Origin: Massalongia carnosa
Taxonomy: Eukaryota
Assembly (NCBI GenBank): GCA_965645245.1
Contig: OZ287078.1
Location: 2,046,001-2,110,000, forward strand
Length of the DNA stretch: 64,000 nucleotides
Direction: 5' to 3'
Numbering within the stretch: position 1 is the first letter of the stretch; each line of letters starts with the position of its first letter. The notes below the pieces were generated by a model that saw only the letters and a list, made by a program, of their open reading frames with translations, made no database searches and was not told the origin of the DNA. Shown here in pieces: positions 12,171 through 24,800 of this stretch. A program made the position numbers and the translations under genes.

Positions 12171-13184
12171 ATGACGAACACCCGTTCCCAAAGCACCTTG
12201 ATGGACGACATAGTCCCCGACCCCCAGGAGATTGTCGGATTGACGCAGGCCCAATCCAATCAAATCTTCGCCCTACAAAAGAAGAAAGCCGAGGCGGAAG
12301 CGAATGCGGCCGAGGCTGAGTCTAGAATTGCCGAGTCCAAGGCATTGGTCGCCGAGAAGGAGGTGGAAAAAATGCAGCTAGAAATCGACTGCATGCGCCG
12401 AGAATCTGACGCCCGAATAGCGGCCGTCATTCCTGCTGGCAAGCCGAGTCGTGTCGTCGGCGATGACGACGAGGACCTAGGTGAGATCCCTCTCGAAGTA
12501 ATAAGTATAGCACCCCGTTTCGCGGGCCTACCACAGGACGAGATCATCAAGATCTTTTCAAATAAATTCAAAGCCATCAACCTCTCCCGCCTCCGACACA
12601 TGCACGGCATGCAATACGAGTCATACAAGGATCAAGACCGCATCGGCATCGAAGACGGCGCCTTGAGGTTGAGAAAGGCATCCGGGACCTACAAAGATTT
12701 CGAAAAGACAGTTCATAACGTCTGAACCGAGAGCTTCATCAACTACACCTCGATCATGGTCAGTCTTTTCGGGAAATCGAGTCAACAGCTTCACGCCACC
12801 ATGTCGCCATTCCACGGAAAAATCCTCACGCTGGCCAAGGTGTACGAGTGGCAGGAAGCAGTCCTCCCCCTCGCCATCGAAACCCACACCCACATCATCG
12901 CGTCTCAGCCATCCGACGCATCCCAATGGAAAATGCCCGACGAATTCCAAGCTCGATTCTGCACCCCCCTCACAGTCCTACGCCGTCGCCGCTCACGATC
13001 CCCGCCGTCTCGACGACCGACCCCGAGAGGAGACAGGGCCGAGAGGGCCGAGAAGGCAGCGGGGGAAATCTGCGACAAGTACAACAGCGGCACCTGCACC
13101 TGGCCGTCGTGCTACCGACAGCACAAATGCAAATCGTGCGGCGCGGCTGGGCATGGCCAGAAGACATGCCCAACGAAGAAATAG
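12171..13184 (+). pseudogene. gag-like ORF1 of element 3 (one internal TGA at 12723)
   Basis: MTNTRSQS start, coiled-coil region, C-terminal finger CDKYNSGTCTWPSCYRQHKCKSCGAAGHGQKTC. Confidence 0.85.
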
Positions 13185-13229
13185 GGGGTTGGTGCAGGAG
13201 GCAGTAGAATAGCTTCAATAGCTGAATTC

Positions 13230-14910
13230 ATGACGTCCCATCCCTGCTTACCTGCACCAATCAGACCAAATACAATCCCTTCGTTTCAACTCGTAGACGC
13301 ATCTCGTCAGCGTTTGAAAGACAGCCCATCTCCCCTCGTACCGTCCGCATGGGCAACCCTACTTCAAGAGTATCCGGGCCCCCTCCGAGTCCATCTGCCC
13401 ATGATCCTTCGTTTCGGAGTACAAATCGGATACGAAGGCCCCACAGACATCCTTCGGATCGAAAAAAATCTGACATCAGCGAATGAGGACCCGGAAACGA
13501 TCGAGAATAAGCTTCAAGAGGACCTCAGGAAGGGCCGAGTCAGCCATTTGTGGCCTCCCCCCTCGGCTTGGTCCCGAAACATGACGGAGGATGGCGACGC
13601 ATTCATCATCTGTCTCATCCCAATCAAACATCAGTCAACGACAACATTCCAGAAGAGGCATCCAAATTACAATACGCCAGACTCGACGACATTATTCAAT
13701 TGATTCTGTCAGAGGGCAAAGGTGCTGTCATAGTGAAAAGAGACGTCAAAGACGCCTTTCGAAACGTTCCCTTCGCACCTCATCATCAATGGCTTCTGGG
13801 TTTCGGATGGAATGACGAATTCTACACCGAGACATGCCTTTCGTTCGGACTGTCGACGGCCCCGTTCATCTTCAATCTTTTTGCGGAAGGCTTTCATTGG
13901 ATTTTGGAATCCTTTCTACAATGGAGATTACATCACTATCTAGACGACTTCGTTGCAATTTTCCCATCCGAGACATCGTCAGAACGATTGCACCAAGAAA
14001 CAAAAGCCTACAACATTCTCACCGACATTCTCGGCATCCCGAGAAACGACTCAAAAGACGCCGAGGGAACGACAGCGACAGTCTTCGGACTCGAGGTCGA
14101 CACCATCAACAGTCTTATTCGTCTGCCAGCGGACAAGCTGGAAAAAGCGAGAATCATCACTACAAAGGCACTAAACGAGACGACAATCAGCCTCGGCGAC
14201 ATGCAGTCAATAGCGGGCTTCCTAAGCTTCTGCGCACAGGCAGTCAAATTGGGCCGAGTCTTCTTACGATTATTCTGGAATTTTATAGCCTCATTTCCCT
14301 CGGGCAGTCATCGTCGGGTCAAAAGAAGAATTCCCACATGGGTCAGACAGGATCTCATCTGGTGGAACAAACTTTTAGTGGACTTCAACGGTATTGTCTT
14401 CTTCGAGACGTCAACACGAGACACGATCAAGGTGCATACGATGCATGCCTCACGGGTCTCGGAGGCTATTTTCAACAAGACAACGAGCTCGTGAATCAAA
14501 AAAACGCATGCAGGGGCCGAGTCCTAGTCCTCAATCAGGAAGAATCACCAAGCATAAACGTCCGAGAAGTCGAGGCTATCCTTCTAATCCTTCAGAAATG
14601 GGCGCCGACATGGTGACATCGACAGATCCTTGTCTTTACCGACAGCAACACAGCATACACAGGATTCACTAATCTAACCCTCAAGGGACCGGCCAACGCG
14701 CCTCTACGAGAAATACTGTCCATAGCTGCAAAGTGGGACATCGTACTACGTTGTCAATGGATCAGTGGCACTTCCAATGGACTAGCAGATGCCCTGTCAC
14801 GTTTTGATGATGAAAGATTGGCTAACTTTTGCCCTCATTGGCAGAACCCATACAATTCGATGAACCTCCCTCCACCTACCTATCCTCCACACCAGGGTCA
14901 GCCCTGGTAA
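13230..14910 (+). pseudogene. RT/RNase H of element 3 (frameshifted)
   Basis: SPLGLVPKHDGGWRRIHHLS, KRDVKDAFR, LSFGLSTAP, YLDDF, INVREVEAI, NGLADALSR. Confidence 0.9.
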
Positions 14911-15991
14911 AACGCCTCGTCTGGCACGGACACTCGGCGGACACGAGAAAAGGGTACGGGACGGCGATCGACTCATACGAGGCATTCTGCGCGACGACGG
15001 GACGCACGTCGTGGCCTGTAACAACCGAGTCCCTCGAGGAATGGCTAGCCGGTCGACTATACGGGGGCGGCACACCCAAGCAGGGAAAGATAAAACCAGA
15101 GACGGCAGCGAGCTACCTCGCCGGCCTCAGATCATACCATGTAGACCAAGGATACGGCCTCACCCCATTCGAGGGGCCGAGACTTCAATTGATGCTGAAA
15201 GGGGGAAAAAGGATCTTTTCTCAGACAAAAAGAAGACGCCTACCATTTCAAAAGAATTACTGACAAAAATCACCAGTATTCCCGCTCATTCGGCCGAAGA
15301 CCTCAACATCGACGCGACATTCAAAGTTGCATGGGCAGGGTTCCTCAGACTCGGGGAAATCACCTACACTGTCGCCGATCGTAAGAAGACATCTTTTCAG
15401 AGATTGAAACCTACACGAGGTGACATCTCATTCGCCGAGAACGATCAATACGCGACATTACGTCTCAAAAGAAGCAAAACAGACACAAATCACTCAGGAG
15501 TTCAGATAGTGCTGGCAGCGACCAATGAGAGCACTTGCCCCGTGACAGCACTACGGCGTCTTTTCAGAAATGATCCTCAGCCATCTACATCCCCGCTTTT
15601 TCGTCTCGGCACCGCATTCACCAGAGCCTCCGTCATAGCATCCCTGAAAAAGAGACTGATAGCCGCCGGCATCAACGACTCGGCATACTCGGGACACAGC
15701 TTCAGAAAAGAAGCAGCACAACACGCCGCCGACCACGGGATGCTGGATGAGAGTATTCAGAGACTCGGAAGATGGTCATCAAACGCGTTTCAGCTATACT
15801 TGCAGACGTCCCAGGCCTCACTATTCAATTTGAACCTCAGTTCTCAAAAAGGCATCCCTCTGGCAGTCCCACGTGCTGTCGTCGCCGAGACGAATCCTAC
15901 AAACTCCTACCCCTACTCAATTGGGCATTCCATTGGGCGTACAGGTCAACCAGGGCATCGATCCGGAGCGCCGCCGGGCACCTCCATCTAG
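14829..15991 (+). pseudogene. Tyrosine recombinase of element 3 (frameshift near 15250)
   Basis: GFLRLGEIT, LKRSKTD, YSGHSFRK, LGRWSSNAFQLY. Confidence 0.9.
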
Positions 15992-16232
15992 ATCATCGCC
16001 GTCGGGCACTGCCGTCGGGCATCATCTATCGGATCGTTGAGCGTCAGCAGACGCCTCGGGCCTAGAAGATGAGGTTCTCACCTCAGCACCGACCCCGAGT
16101 CACGTGCCTAGGCCTGCCCGGGCTGACCTGTGTCGTTCCCATGCCCAATCAAATTCAAGCATTCAAATCAATTCATCCAATTAAAAGCCCCCCCCAGCGC
16201 AAGCGAAGGTAACAGCACCGATAAGGGTCATA

Positions 16233-16984
16233 GAACAATACTTAAGCGGCATCAGATCTTATCAAGTCGACCGAGGCGCGTCGAAGGCCGAATTAGACAT
16301 TTTCCATCATCCCCAACTAGAGAGAATCGTGGCAGGCATACGCCGGCTCCATCCCGCCGCCTAGCCGCGAGAACGTCGTCCTATACCCCGATCCATCCTA
16401 AAAGAGATTGTTAGTATTTTTTATCAAAATTCCTTAAGGGGAGCCACACTGCACGCGGCCTTCTGTTTAGCCTTCGCGGCCTTCTTACATATCGGAGAAT
16501 TCACATGGGAAGAAAACATGTGGGGAGACGACTTTGCCCAATGGCACATAACCAGAGGTTCACTATTATTGAGCGAGGACAGATTACAGCTGAACCTTCC
16601 CGCCTCCAAGACGGATCCCTTCCGACAAGGGGTCACAGTTACAGTAGCGGCCGTCAACGACGAAGCCTGCCCAGTCCGATCATTGAGAAATCTGATCGAA
16701 CGTTTTCCAACAGATCTCACCCAACCTCTATTTTAACCAAAAAAGGCTTTCAAACGAAAATATGTCACTAAAGCATTACGAGACGTTCTAAAAGACAAGG
16801 GATATCAGGGAAATTATTCAGGTCACTCCTTTCGGAGAGGGCCGCCACCTCCGCGAAAAACGCCGGCCTAAACGAGGATGAAATCAAGCTGCTAGGACGC
16901 TGGAAATCAGACGCCTACCGATTATACATACACACAAACCCCTCAATCATATGGAATGCCTCGAGACGACATCAAAGAGGCTGA
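16233..16984 (+). pseudogene. C-terminal part of the YR of element 2
   Basis: QYLSGIRS, RERRPI, AFLHIGEFTW, SKTDPF, YSGHSFRRG, GRWKSDAYRLY. Confidence 0.85.
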
Positions 16985-17257
16985 ATACCACATATCCCGC
17001 ACCTCACCCGAACCCTCACCACATGCACACCGCACCCGCACCATCGCGAGACTTCGCACGCTCTAAACCATCCCTCTGCGAGAAACACGGTTTTGGGGTT
17101 TTGGGAGTATGTCTTGACCCCAGGGTTCGCATCTACAGCGTCCATGGACCCCGTAGCCTACCCGTTGCGGTTCCGTACCCGGCGCGGACGGCACACGAAC
17201 GGTGTCATGCCACACCCTAGGGTCAGGACTTTGCCCAAACACTAGAATAGCAATAAA

Positions 17258-17664
17258 CACAAGGTGGCTGCGTTTCACTAGCTCCTCGTTTCGATCACTC
17301 CAAGTCCCTTTTTTCGCTATCTTCTGCTCATTCAAGGTCGAAGCATCTTGCGAAGCAGTCTTGGACTTTCTCGCCATGTCTTGACCGATGGATCTTGCTT
17401 GTGTCCAAAGCTGATCAACTTTGGCCGGGTCCAGAAGAGAGGGTGGGGATGAAGGTGAGGATGAAGGTGGGAATGAAGGCATAGATTTGCTCTGAGGCCC
17501 TGTATGTCATTGTAATTAGCAAAAACTCTGTCCAATATTTCATCCTTTGTCATTTTCTCGATCTGTATCTTGCCTATTGAGAATCCGCTGCTGGAAGGGT
17601 CTGCGCTGATGCGTTGCAACCCTCTGAAAACTTGAGTGTCGTTTCGTCGTGACCGGACATGCAT
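17258..17664 (-). pseudogene. 5' part of the host gene disrupted by Ngaro-like element 2
   Basis: ORF 17063..17482 reads ...VKRSHLV at the junction, in frame with HLVPSVT at 7346. Confidence 0.6.
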
Positions 17665-18105
17665 GACTTTAATTTAGAGACATGATTCCAAATCCTCAAT
17701 GAGTTAATGATGAGAGTAGATGGCAGAAGTTATCAAAGAAATAGCAAAGGTTTGAACTCACTTCTTCAGCTTTATCTCCGATGCTGCGATTAAATCCGCC
17801 CGTTTTCAGACGAGATGACGTAGCGAATTATTGTAAGCGGGAAATCATTCTGGCGACGCCGATAAAGACACAGTCATGCGACACGGGAACGAAAGCAGTC
17901 ACGCCTTGTAGGGCAGGTCGCTAATCTTAAAAGTTCGATCAGAATCCGATTAGGCTTCTAGCGGGGCCTAACGTAACTCACTGGGCAACGGGACTAACTA
18001 AATTTCGCTTAATTTCTACAGCCTCCCTCTCACCCGTTTTACATACAAATTCGGCTTCAATGTCTATTAGACGTGAAATTGATATTTTGTCTGCATGCAA
18101 CTTAA

Positions 18106-18870
18106 TCACATTTTACGTGGTTGACGTACAATACGACCCCGTCTGGTAGTTTGAACCTTCTTCACCTCCTCCACCACCTCCACCTCTACCTCTACCCCCC
18201 CACTCACCTTCACCTCCTCCACCCCCTCTACCTCTTCTGTCATTGGTTGAAGCACGGGAGGAGGTAGCAATCGTCTTTGAAAAGAACAAATAGGCTTACT
18301 TTGTGAACTATCAGGTGCTTTCTGAGGACTTTTCTGAGGACTTTTCGTCGAAGATGCAGTAGACGTTTGTCCTAGTAAATCAGGTCCAAATCGACACATT
18401 TCCCTGAAAGTTTTGATAAGGTCCTGCTCAGCTCGTTTTAGCTGAGCGGCCTTCTTTTTTTCGTCTTTCACCTTTTGTTTATCTTTGGCCCATTGCTGTC
18501 TTTGTTGAACGTCTTCAAGGCTTAGAACTCGAGCCTTTCCTCCATAGTGAGCCCCGCTACGATTGGCTCGATGATGGCGCCGTACATTGGCCTGAAGAAG
18601 CTCGTTGTTGGTGATACGTAGCAAGGTAGAGTCTGCGAAGGCATATTTAGCGCCTTTTATCAATTTATTTAGCGCTCGAACGGGAGTCGAGTCTGATTCT
18701 TCATCATTTCGAATTCGACGAATCAGTTGATTTATTTGATCGATATTTGCAGGTGTCTTTTCAATTTCGTGAGAGTTTTGAAGGGTTGTCGGAGTGTTAG
18801 GATGAGAGGAGGTGATATTCGTGGTGGTGGTAGTAGTAGTGGTGGTGGTAGTGGTGGTGATGATGCTATC
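18106..18870 (-). mobile_element. C-terminal fragment of a Fot1/pogo-like DNA transposase
   Basis: KTP.N, KLIKGA, LL...NNELLQAN, KARVLS and a terminal TRRGR..RQP resemble fungal pogo C-termini. The N-terminal part is absent beyond the Gypsy insertion. Confidence 0.6.
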
Positions 18871-21800
18871 TGTTGGGGTGTAAAAAGGATGTTTGATTTG
18901 AACTGAGCTGAGCTCGTCTATATACTGCTACGCTAGTCCTAAACGAGTCATGACGACCGGTGACGAAAGCGCAATGCTTCATTTGCTTGATAAGCTACTA
19001 AGTTAATGCTAACTGCGATATCTCCTAATCGCTTTATCTCCGTGTGTACCTCAACAAGTGCCCCCCTTTGAAAAGATCGCCAGCGCCCTCGTTGGCCTAG
19101 TCGATATCATCGGGTGAATTGTTGTTTATTGCTTTGAATGTTGGAATAGATGCATGTTTTGCTAGGGATGTTGTCGGAGGCGTTGTGGTTTGAGCTGATG
19201 GCGGATTTTTGCTTACTGCGGTCAGTTCGGCCGCTGTTGTAGGTGTACCTGTGCGTGCAATGTGTGATGTTTTGGGCTTTGTTAGAAGCCCTTTAGTTGC
19301 TACAACCCGCTGCTTTCGTTGTGTCTTTGATTGCTTTACCTCCGGATGAGTTGATTCGTATTCTTCTACTAGTGTTAAGCAGTCTCCTAAGGCTGCGATG
19401 CTTTTCCATTCATCGTACTCTGGTCCGTACCCCAGCCATCGTACGAGGTATTGAGTTACTGTGGTCTTCCCATATTTTCGGAGCCGTTTGGCTACCATCT
19501 TCTCCACTTCGTAGGATTTATTGTTAATTGTGTCGCCTAGCATCTCCACTGATTCTGGATGAGTGGGTCTATAACGATCATACGGGTCCTTTGTGGTGTC
19601 TGCAGGCTCAAGCTGGACAATGGATACGACGGGATGTACCCTCCATTTAGGAGGTAGCTCTAGTTCGTACGCCAGGCGCCCTACCTTTTTCTTAATGAGA
19701 AAAGGTCCAGTTCGCTGATTGCTCAGCTTCTTATTAGGTTTGCCCGGTAATTGATACCCATTGTGAAGGCGTAAATACGCATAGTCCCCTTCCTTCAATA
19801 ACAAAGGCCTGTGTCTTGCATCGTAATAGATCTTGGCTTTTGCATTGGCAAAAGATGTGGCGTCTGCGGCCTCTTGTGCATACTCGAGTCTTTTTTCGGC
19901 TATGTTTGGCTCTTTATCGGGAGCCAGTGTTGACAATATTTCTTTCACTTTGAATCCGTACATTATTTCATTGGGAGATAGTCCTGTGGATGACGTGGGA
20001 GAATTGTTTAGACTTGCTTGTAAAGCTGGAAGCGCTTTCACTACACTTATATCGGGATTCTCGGTGATCAGGTATCGAAGCGCTATCTCCACGGTTTGAT
20101 TTGTTCTCTCGGATAAACCGTCCGTCTGTGGATGATATGCTGTACTTGTCAATAGACTGGTACCCAATCTTTTGAATAGGCCCTTCCAGAAATCTGAAAG
20201 AAATTTGGGGTCTCTATCCGAGATTATACCCTCTGGTATCCCCCAATCGGCTATCAACAGGCGCTCCAATACTAATTCGGCCCATTCGTCGGCGGAATGT
20301 GTTGATTTACCAGCGATAAGCGATTTTCTCCTGGTCGCTTTGTCTGAGATTGTGAGAACTACATCTAGGTCACCGGGGATTGCGAGTATGAAATCCATAG
20401 CAATTGTTCGGAATGGTATTGTTGAAGTAGAAATTGGCATCAATTCGCCGTATGGGGGATGTCTTTTGGTCTGATTTAGCTGACATGCAGGGCAGTGTTT
20501 AATGTAGAGATGAAGTTTGCGAGATAGTCTTGGCATGTAGATGCTCTCAACCAAACGGCGATAAGCTCTATGATGGCCGGCGTGAAAGTTCTGATCGTGG
20601 GCCAGTTGAAATACTTCCTTTTCGCAATTTTGAGGAATGCACAGCCTGCTGCTGTTGCTGGTGGCGTTACTGCCCTCGTGTTTGTGATATATGAGACCGT
20701 GTGCGAGCACGAAGTCCACGCCCGTTTTCACCGCATTATCAGCATTGGAATTGCTACTTTGTGTAGTTACTTCTTTTATCTTACGCTTCTCCAGACCCTC
20801 TAACATTCCCAATATTTTGCACCACGATTTGTCCTTGATATAACCCGTTGCGAGTTTTTTCTTGAACTCTGTGGATAGTGTTATCAAGGCTTGACTGTGG
20901 GCGTACACTCGATCGGATTCTGGGGATTCTACAGAGGTTTTATAGGATTCCAGATTAATTGTCTTTGGTGTACTTCGGTTAGCGACGGGCAATCGGCTCA
21001 GTGCGTCTGGGACTATATGAGCTTTGCCGGGTTTGTACCGTATGTCTAACCTGAACTGAGATAGATATGTGGATGCTTTGACGAGATTGAGGTTGAGCTT
21101 GTCGATGCTACTTGTAGACAACTTGGTCTGTTTAGCAATTGCTGTATTTGCCGCATGATCGGTATAAATAGTAGTTGAATGTCTCGATCCTTGAATCATA
21201 TGATGAATTCTCTTTACCATCCATACTAGCCCATTCATCTCTAACTCAGTGGGCCAGTATCTTGATTCGGCGGCCAAAAGAGTTTTGCTGAGAAACAGGA
21301 TGGGGTCTACGTCTTGTCTTTTCGGAGGTAGTGCGGGTATTGATACTCCGTCATTACCTCTATCGCTTTTTAAATGATATACCATAACTCCTACTCCTTG
21401 CTTGGAGGTATCTACGTCGGCGTACAGTCTTCGTGTTGTGGAAAAATGAGTGAGCATGCTAGGCTTGCTGAATGCTTCTTGTAATTGAGAGTAGGCGTCC
21501 AGCTCTGCATCGGATGGGTCTGTGATAAGGGTTCGAAGGCTATAGTTCTTCCTAACTTTATCCTTGTTGGAAGGAGAGTCTCTAAGAAGCATGGTCTTCC
21601 GAATTTGCAACGGTTCCGCCTTTTGTGCGTAGTATGGTACATAGTCGCGAAGCCATCCGGTGAATCCAAGATATCGCTCGAGATCTTTGAGCCTTTCTGG
21701 GAAACTCATGCCTGCTATTGCGGATAGCTTTTCGGCTGCGGTTGTGAGGCCAAGACTATCCACCTTCTGTCCTAGAAGTGTGATGGTAGGGTATCCGAGG

Positions 21801-24800
21801 TACGTCTTAGAAGGCTTGATTGCCAGATTGATTTTGCTGAATAGTTCGAAAATCTGATTGAGATGGCGAATATGCTCTTCCAAAGAGTGGCTGAATATGA
21901 CTATATCATCTACGTATGCCCTGGCAAAAGCTCGATATGGCCTGAGAATCCCGTCGATTTGACGTTGCGCATAGGCCGGGCTGTTTCTGTATCCCATTAC
22001 TGCCACGTTCCATTGTTCTGATCCTCTATGAGATACTACTGTGAGTTTGTGGCGGTCCGATTTTTTTACTGGCCACTGATGGAAGAAACCTGCCCCGTCC
22101 ATGACGCTGATGTAGGTGCAGCCCTGAATAGCGGAGGTAACATCCGCCTGTAAAGGCATTGGGTAAGCATCGAATTCGGATAACTTATTGAGCCCTCGAA
22201 TATCTATGACGACGCGGCCCTTCCTTTCTGGAATCTTCCCTGGGAGATGAATTGTTCGCCATACCACGAATACTGGGTATGCAAATGGTGTGGGTTTGGT
22301 TGTCTATTCCATCTTGCCACTCTTGTGCATCGCATCGAATTCTTTGTCAACTACCGCTCTATCCTCTGGTCCCAAGCGAAAGACTCTGGCTGGCATGGGC
22401 TTTGCGTCATTTACTGTTTTTATTTCCATCCAGTCCTTTTCTGGGATATTCACAACACCTCCTTTGTCCCTCCATATATCGTGATAGGCCTTTGCCACTG
22501 CAGAAAGCCTGTTGTATGTCGAAGAATCGCCGTATATGGTTATTCCGTTGTCTGTTACCCTTTCCTGCGCAGTTTCGTGTGGTTGGGATAGAACATGAGA
22601 TGTGCCGCTGAAGGCCGCCGGCCCAAATTTAGCCAATTTGGTGAAGCCATCGTAGCAGTTTGGCGCTGATTTGATAGCTAAATGGCGGTTTTCTTCATCT
22701 ACGTTGTAGCAGCCTTCTTCTTCGTAATCTACTAACGTACCTACCTTCATATTTTTGGGTAGTGTTACCGGTTTATTTGAGGTATTCCGTACCTGAATAG
22801 CGGCGAACTGAGAGTCAGTTATGTGAGAGAAGAAGCCTCCTTCTGGGCCGAGGGTTCTGTTAGAGCTTGGATGGAATGAGTAGTCTCTGTCACTCGGTAT
22901 GGTTTTTCCGCGCATTTTTATGGGCAGCGCCATGGTCGTGTTCGGAGGAATGGTGGTCGATGTCTGTGCCAGAACCGATCGATTGATCCTTTGACCCTTT
23001 GATGTAGTGAACAATTGGATCTCTACCTCACAACTTCCGATCTCTACGACGTTCTTTCGAGTGTTGATCACCATTTCTTCTGGGGAGATGATGTCCATTC
23101 CTATAAGTGCTTTGGCTTTTAGACTGTCAACTATATGGATTTCTCGAGTAATGTGTGCGATGGCTAGCTCATCCTTGGTCCGACCTGGTAGATATATGTC
23201 TTGTAATACATACTCCGAGCTATCATGTAACTCTTTACCAATGCCTCGAAGGGTGACTGGAACGGCTGTTTTCATTATCTTCGCCTCTGGAACTCTTTCC
23301 AGCAAGAATCCACGATCAATTGCAGACATGCTAGTTCCTGTATCTAGACATATCTCATCTGGTTTTCCTTTAAATGAGAGTGAGGCGAGAATCTTAGCAT
23401 AGTGCCAGGACCTGAAGCTAAATCCGTCGTTTGTACCTGATTTTGCTTTGGAGCGAATTACTTTCGCTGATACATCATCGTGTTTACTGCAGTCAACAAA
23501 GTTGACAATAACCGATGTCTTCTGAACCGCTTGGCATCCTCGAAGGTGTCTATGAAGCTTGTTGTTAGAATAGAATGACGAATTGCATCTTTTACATGTG
23601 TAAGTTATTTCGGGTTCTACGAAATTTACGTCGGCCGAATCCGGCTCATCTGGGTGGTCTGATGTATTCTCCTGCTGTTCATCGTAGTATCGATCGTCTT
23701 CCCAGTATCCTTCGTCAGTACTGAAATTCACGTCTTTCGAGTTGTCGTCCGTGGTTGTGTGATAGGCTTTTTGTGGTTTGAAGCTGCCTTTGTTATTAGG
23801 AAAGATGTTGCGGAGAGGTTGTCTGAATTGCTGATTTGCGCGAGAAGCGGACCCGTTTCCTGAATTGGATTGGCCTTGCGTGATCATCTTCTGAGAGGGT
23901 GGAGCATTCAGGGCACGCGCGTCGTTTGAGACTTGATTGTAGCCAGTGGCCATGTTGTTGGAATACTGTTCAGAATAAGCATTGAACTGAGGTTTGCCGA
24001 TGACAGGTTGAAGCCCCGGTTGGCAATATTCCTGTCTGTTGGAGGGTCCAGAATTGGAATTGGAATTGTAGTTGGATCTATACTGACCTGTGGAGCGATA
24101 GTTTCGTGACGGCTGCTTAGAGCTGTTGCCATATCCAGACCTGGCACCCAAGGCCCACCAGATCTCCTTATGAGAGTCTAATTCCTGTAGGAATCCACTA
24201 AGGTTGGTGGTGGGTGTTGGAATCGTCATATCTCTCTGAAATTCCACATCGAGGCCATTGTAAATCAAAAAGAGCTGATTATAAACTTCTGTCATACTGG
24301 CTGATTTGGCCGCACGCAGGATGACTTGGGCATATTCTCTGGGTTCCTTATGCCTTCGAGCATCTTCCATTGTGTACTTTTCTCTCATGATGGTCTTCAT
24401 AGCGATCCCAGGGCTTTCTTTAAACCAGGATGTCAATGCTGTGATCCACTCGTCAACGTCCTTGCCATATTTCAATAGTCGTTTCTCTCCATCCACAAGC
24501 TCCGATGTGTACCAGCTAAGGGCTGTCCCTCTAAGGCAAGTGGCAAGGTTGTTTCGTACCTGCTCGCCTCCTAGTATGATTGCCATATCTTTTATCCTCT
24601 CACAAAAGACGTGTACGTCCCTGTAATATGTGTCTTTGCCCGAATGTTCGATTGAGGGACCGGTGGACAAGCTCTTGCCCTCGAAGTGGGGGTCAAAGAA
24701 ACCTATCTCACCTGCATTCCAACGACCGCCTGATGTGCTATTAGATCCTAGGCCTGGTTCCCCTCGATCACCTGGGGGTCCTGGCGGCCCGGGTGGTCCT

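Larger units (their letters stand above)
11941..16232 (+). mobile_element. Ngaro-like YR retrotransposon 3, nested in the YR gene of element 2
   Basis: Complete gag, RT/RH and YR set. CATA at both junctions (11937-11940 and 16229-16232); removal rejoins PKTI|EQYLSGIRS in frame. Confidence 0.9.
7338..17266 (+). mobile_element. Ngaro-like YR retrotransposon 2, full extent, containing TRIM copy 2 and Ngaro-like element 3
   Basis: gag, RT/RH and YR in order. Flanked by CACCAGGTG (7338-7346) and CACAAGGTG (17258-17266); excision restores the flanking minus-strand ORF in frame. Confidence 0.88.

Noticed and set aside
1104..16984. YR genes as Starship captains or phage integrases
   Set aside because: Each YR directly follows RT/RNase H in the Ngaro/DIRS layout, and no cargo-bearing structure is tied to them.
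18821..18863. GGT/AGT triplet run as a telomere-like repeat
   Set aside because: It encodes a poly-Thr linker in the transposase fragment and is not TTAGGG.
22304..22306. Programmed stop-codon readthrough
   Set aside because: The stop lies at the start of RT rather than at a gag/pol boundary and is simply explained as TGG>TAG.
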